A DNA stretch of 64,000 bases from Acidobacteriota bacterium (GTDB lineage Bacteria > Acidobacteriota > UBA890 > WLXD01): positions 1,257,903-1,321,902 of the forward strand of contig CBDBHB010000008.1 in assembly GCA_965205505.1 (NCBI GenBank). The letters are read 5' to 3'. Both the position numbers and the translations under genes were made by a program. Below the pieces are notes generated by a model. That model was given only the letters and a program-made list of their open reading frames with translations. It made no database searches and was not told the origin of the DNA. How positions within the stretch are numbered: position 1 is the stretch's first letter; each line of letters opens with the position of its first letter. This document shows, piece after piece, positions 61,608 to 64,000 of this stretch.

Positions 61608-63440
61608 CTACACCGAGACGATGTCGGCGGCTTCGGCCGGGCCTGTATCGGTCGCGCTGTCGTACTGCAAGCGGTACAAGCAGGCGTAGATGCCATCCAT
61701 CGACAGCAGCTCCTCGTGTGTGCCTTGCTCGCGCACCTCGCCATGGTGTAACACCACGATGCGGTCTACCTCACGTATGGTCGACAGTCGGTGCGCCACG
61801 ATCAGCGCAGTGCGATCGGCCACCAGGTTGTGCAGCGCCCGTTGGATGCGCGACTCGGTCTCTGAATCGACGCTGGAGGTCGCCTCGTCGAGCACCAGCA
61901 CCGCCGGATCCGACGCCAGCGCTCGAGCGAACGCAAGGAGCTGCCGCTCGCCGAACGACAGGTTCGCGCCGCGCTCGCCGAGGGGTGTCTCGAGGCGTTC
62001 TGGGAGCTCGTTGATGAAGTCGGTTGCTTCGACGAGGCTGGCGGCTCGCTCAATCGCTTCGTCGTCGACGTGCTCCGACCGAAGGCCTATGTTGGCGGCG
62101 ATCGTGTCGGTAAACAGGAACACATCCTGCGGAACGGTACCGAAGAATCGGCGTAGAGATCCGAGCTCGAACTCGCGAGCATCCACCCCGTCGATCGTGA
62201 CCCGCCCTTGCTGCGCCTCATACAGACGTTGCAACACCTTGACGACCGACGACTTGCCGGCACCGGTCGCGCCGACAAGCGCCACCTTTTCACCGCGGCG
62301 CAGACTTAGGTCTATTCCCTTGAGCACTACCTGCCCCTCGCCCGCCGTGTCTTCGTATGCGAAAGTCAGATTCTCGAGACGGATCTCGTCTTCAAACGAA
62401 TGGAGCGTTGGCGCGTTGACGCCGCTGGTAATCTCCACGGGCTCGTCGATAAGGGCGAAGATCTTGCCGGTCGATGCGGCCGCGCGTTGCAGCGTGTCGT
62501 ACTTGTCAGAGAGATCCTCGAGGGGCATATAGAAGCGACGCAGGTACTCGAGAAACTGCACCAGCAACCCCACCGTTACCGTGCCTCCGATGATCCCGAA
62601 CCCTCCGTAGACAAGCACCAGCGCGGTGGCAACGGTTGTTGCGGCCTGTACCGATGCCGACAGAAACGATGAGTAGCGGACCCCGCGCAGATCGATGCGC
62701 AGAAGATCATCGCGCAATGCCCGGAATTCGTCGCGCTTGCGTTCCTGCTGACCGAACACCTGAATCACCCCCATGCCGGTCAGGGATTCCTGCAGGAAGG
62801 CATTGAGGCGCGCGACGAGGGTTCGCGAGCGATCGTAGGCATCTCTCAGTCGGACCCGCAACGCTGCAAGGATGGCTACCAGAAACGGCAAGACGACAAA
62901 CGACGCCAGCGTCAGGCGCCAATCGATCCACGCCATCGCTGCGACGATGGCGACCAGCGTCACCAGGTCGCGCGCCATCGCTACGATTCCTTGTGACATG
63001 AGCTCGTTGAGCGTTTCGACGTCGCTGGTAACTCGCGTCATCACCTGACCGATCGGATTGCGATCGAAGAACGACATCGAGAGTCGCTGAAGGTGGCGGA
63101 ACGTCGCCATCCGCAGGTCGTGCATCATGCGCTGGCCGGCCAGCTGCATGAGATACAGCTGTATGAACCGCATCGCCATCTCGGCTACTTGGATGGCCAG
63201 GAACACCAGAATGAGCGCCCAGAGCCCGTCGAGGGCAGACGCGTCTCCGCTCGCCGCCGGCGCCACGTGGCGATCGATCGCCAGTCGCAGCAGGTACGGA
63301 GCTGCGAGCTGCGCCGCGGCGAGCAAGGGCAGCGTCAGGCTGGCAAACACAAGCAGCCGCACGTGCTGCTGAACGTACGGTCGCAGTCGCTTCAGAATGC
63401 GCAGATCGCGACTTCGACGAGCTTCCTGGCCGGCGTGCAA
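61608..63440 (-). CDS. ABC exporter, fused permease/ATPase (MdlB-like)
   Basis: TM domain, GATGAGKS, LSFGERQ, LDEATSS, IVAHRLST. Confidence 0.9.
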   Translation of the reverse strand: MHAGQEARRSRDLRILKRLRPYVQQHVRLLVFASLTLPLLAAAQLAAPYLLRLAIDRHVAPAASGDASALDGLWALILVFLAIQVAEMAMRFIQLYLMQLAGQRMMHDLRMATFRHLQRLSMSFFDRNPIGQVMTRVTSDVETLNELMSQGIVAMARDLVTLVAIVAAMAWIDWRLTLASFVVLPFLVAILAALRVRLRDAYDRSRTLVARLNAFLQESLTGMGVIQVFGQQERKRDEFRALRDDLLRIDLRGVRYSSFLSASVQAATTVATALVLVYGGFGIIGGTVTVGLLVQFLEYLRRFYMPLEDLSDKYDTLQRAAASTGKIFALIDEPVEITSGVNAPTLHSFEDEIRLENLTFAYEDTAGEGQVVLKGIDLSLRRGEKVALVGATGAGKSSVVKVLQRLYEAQQGRVTIDGVDAREFELGSLRRFFGTVPQDVFLFTDTIAANIGLRSEHVDDEAIERAASLVEATDFINELPERLETPLGERGANLSFGERQLLAFARALASDPAVLVLDEATSSVDSETESRIQRALHNLVADRTALIVAHRLSTIREVDRIVVLHHGEVREQGTHEELLSMDGIYACLYRLQYDSATDTGPAEAADIVSV

Positions 63441-63442
63441 CT

Positions 63443-64000
63443 TCAGTATCTCTCCAAACGGGCCGATATCTGTTGCTGCTCGTGCATCGCAGCGTAGAGG
63501 CCCGGGCGAGCGATGAGCTCGTGGTGCCGGCCGGCATCGACCACGCGGCCAGCATCCATCACGTAGATACGGTCGGCATCTTGGACCGCCGTGATTCGAT
63601 TAGAGACAGCGATAACTGACCGGCGCTGCCGCTCTTCCGTGAGCCCGGTCAGAATGAGCCGCTCCGTCTGCGTGTCGACGTTGGACAGGGCGTTGTCGAG
63701 CACCAAGACGGGGGCATCTGTTACCAACGCCCTGGCGAGCGCCACTCGTTGACGCTGGCCGCCCGAGAGGTTGAGCCCACGCTCGCCGACCTCCGTATCC
63801 AACCCGTGCGACAGCCCGCTCGTTTCAGGCTCGAGGCCGGCGCGTACGGCGGCGGCGGCCAAGCTCTCGCCGCTGGCCGACGGATCTCCGAACGCGATGT
63901 TGGAGCTAACCGCCATCGAAAACAGAAAATCGTCTTGCGGCACGTATGCCAAGTGGTGGCGCAGCTGGCTCACGTCCAGTCGATTGATGTCGGCGTCGCC
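63443..64000 (-). CDS. ABC exporter ATPase, 3' part (MdlA-like heterodimer partner)
   Basis: YVPQD.FLF, LSGGQRQR, VLDNALS.VD (degenerate Walker B), truncated by the window edge. Confidence 0.85.
   Translation of the reverse strand, partial: GDADINRLDVSQLRHHLAYVPQDDFLFSMAVSSNIAFGDPSASGESLAAAAVRAGLEPETSGLSHGLDTEVGERGLNLSGGQRQRVALARALVTDAPVLVLDNALSNVDTQTERLILTGLTEERQRRSVIAVSNRITAVQDADRIYVMDAGRVVDAGRHHELIARPGLYAAMHEQQQISARLERY

Overview
High-GC bacterial chromosomal window, probably Acidobacteriota. That call is inferred from an ADOP-type permease, a carboxypeptidase-regulatory/TPR protein and a TrbI-like glycine-zipper protein. Most of the window is housekeeping and accessory metabolism: hisN, an HD-GYP/MFS/GGDEF block, bolA-grxD, RtcB/SRAP, a CoxSLM-type Mo-hydroxylase cluster with NCS1/NCS2 permeases, cyclase and amidase, an M16 peptidase pair, tkt-rpiB-pgi and ABC exporters. 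Several genes are eroded, and two IS3-family insertions are present. Three things stand out. (1) A dense family of non-coding, CTAG-flanked, nested MITE-like elements occurs at about 10 loci. They share a strand-specific hairpin core whose stems covary between copies while its internal loops (AAGGC/AACGCY) are conserved and resemble the enterobacterial ERIC repeat; the cores are combined with at least three terminal-repeat types. (2) A histone-H1-like protein with about 34 KKKxAV repeats is fused to an apparently catalytically dead minimal nucleotidyltransferase fold. (3) A chimeric IS3 insertion has a target duplication that flanks ends from two different IS elements. No tRNA, rRNA or CRISPR array was recognised.
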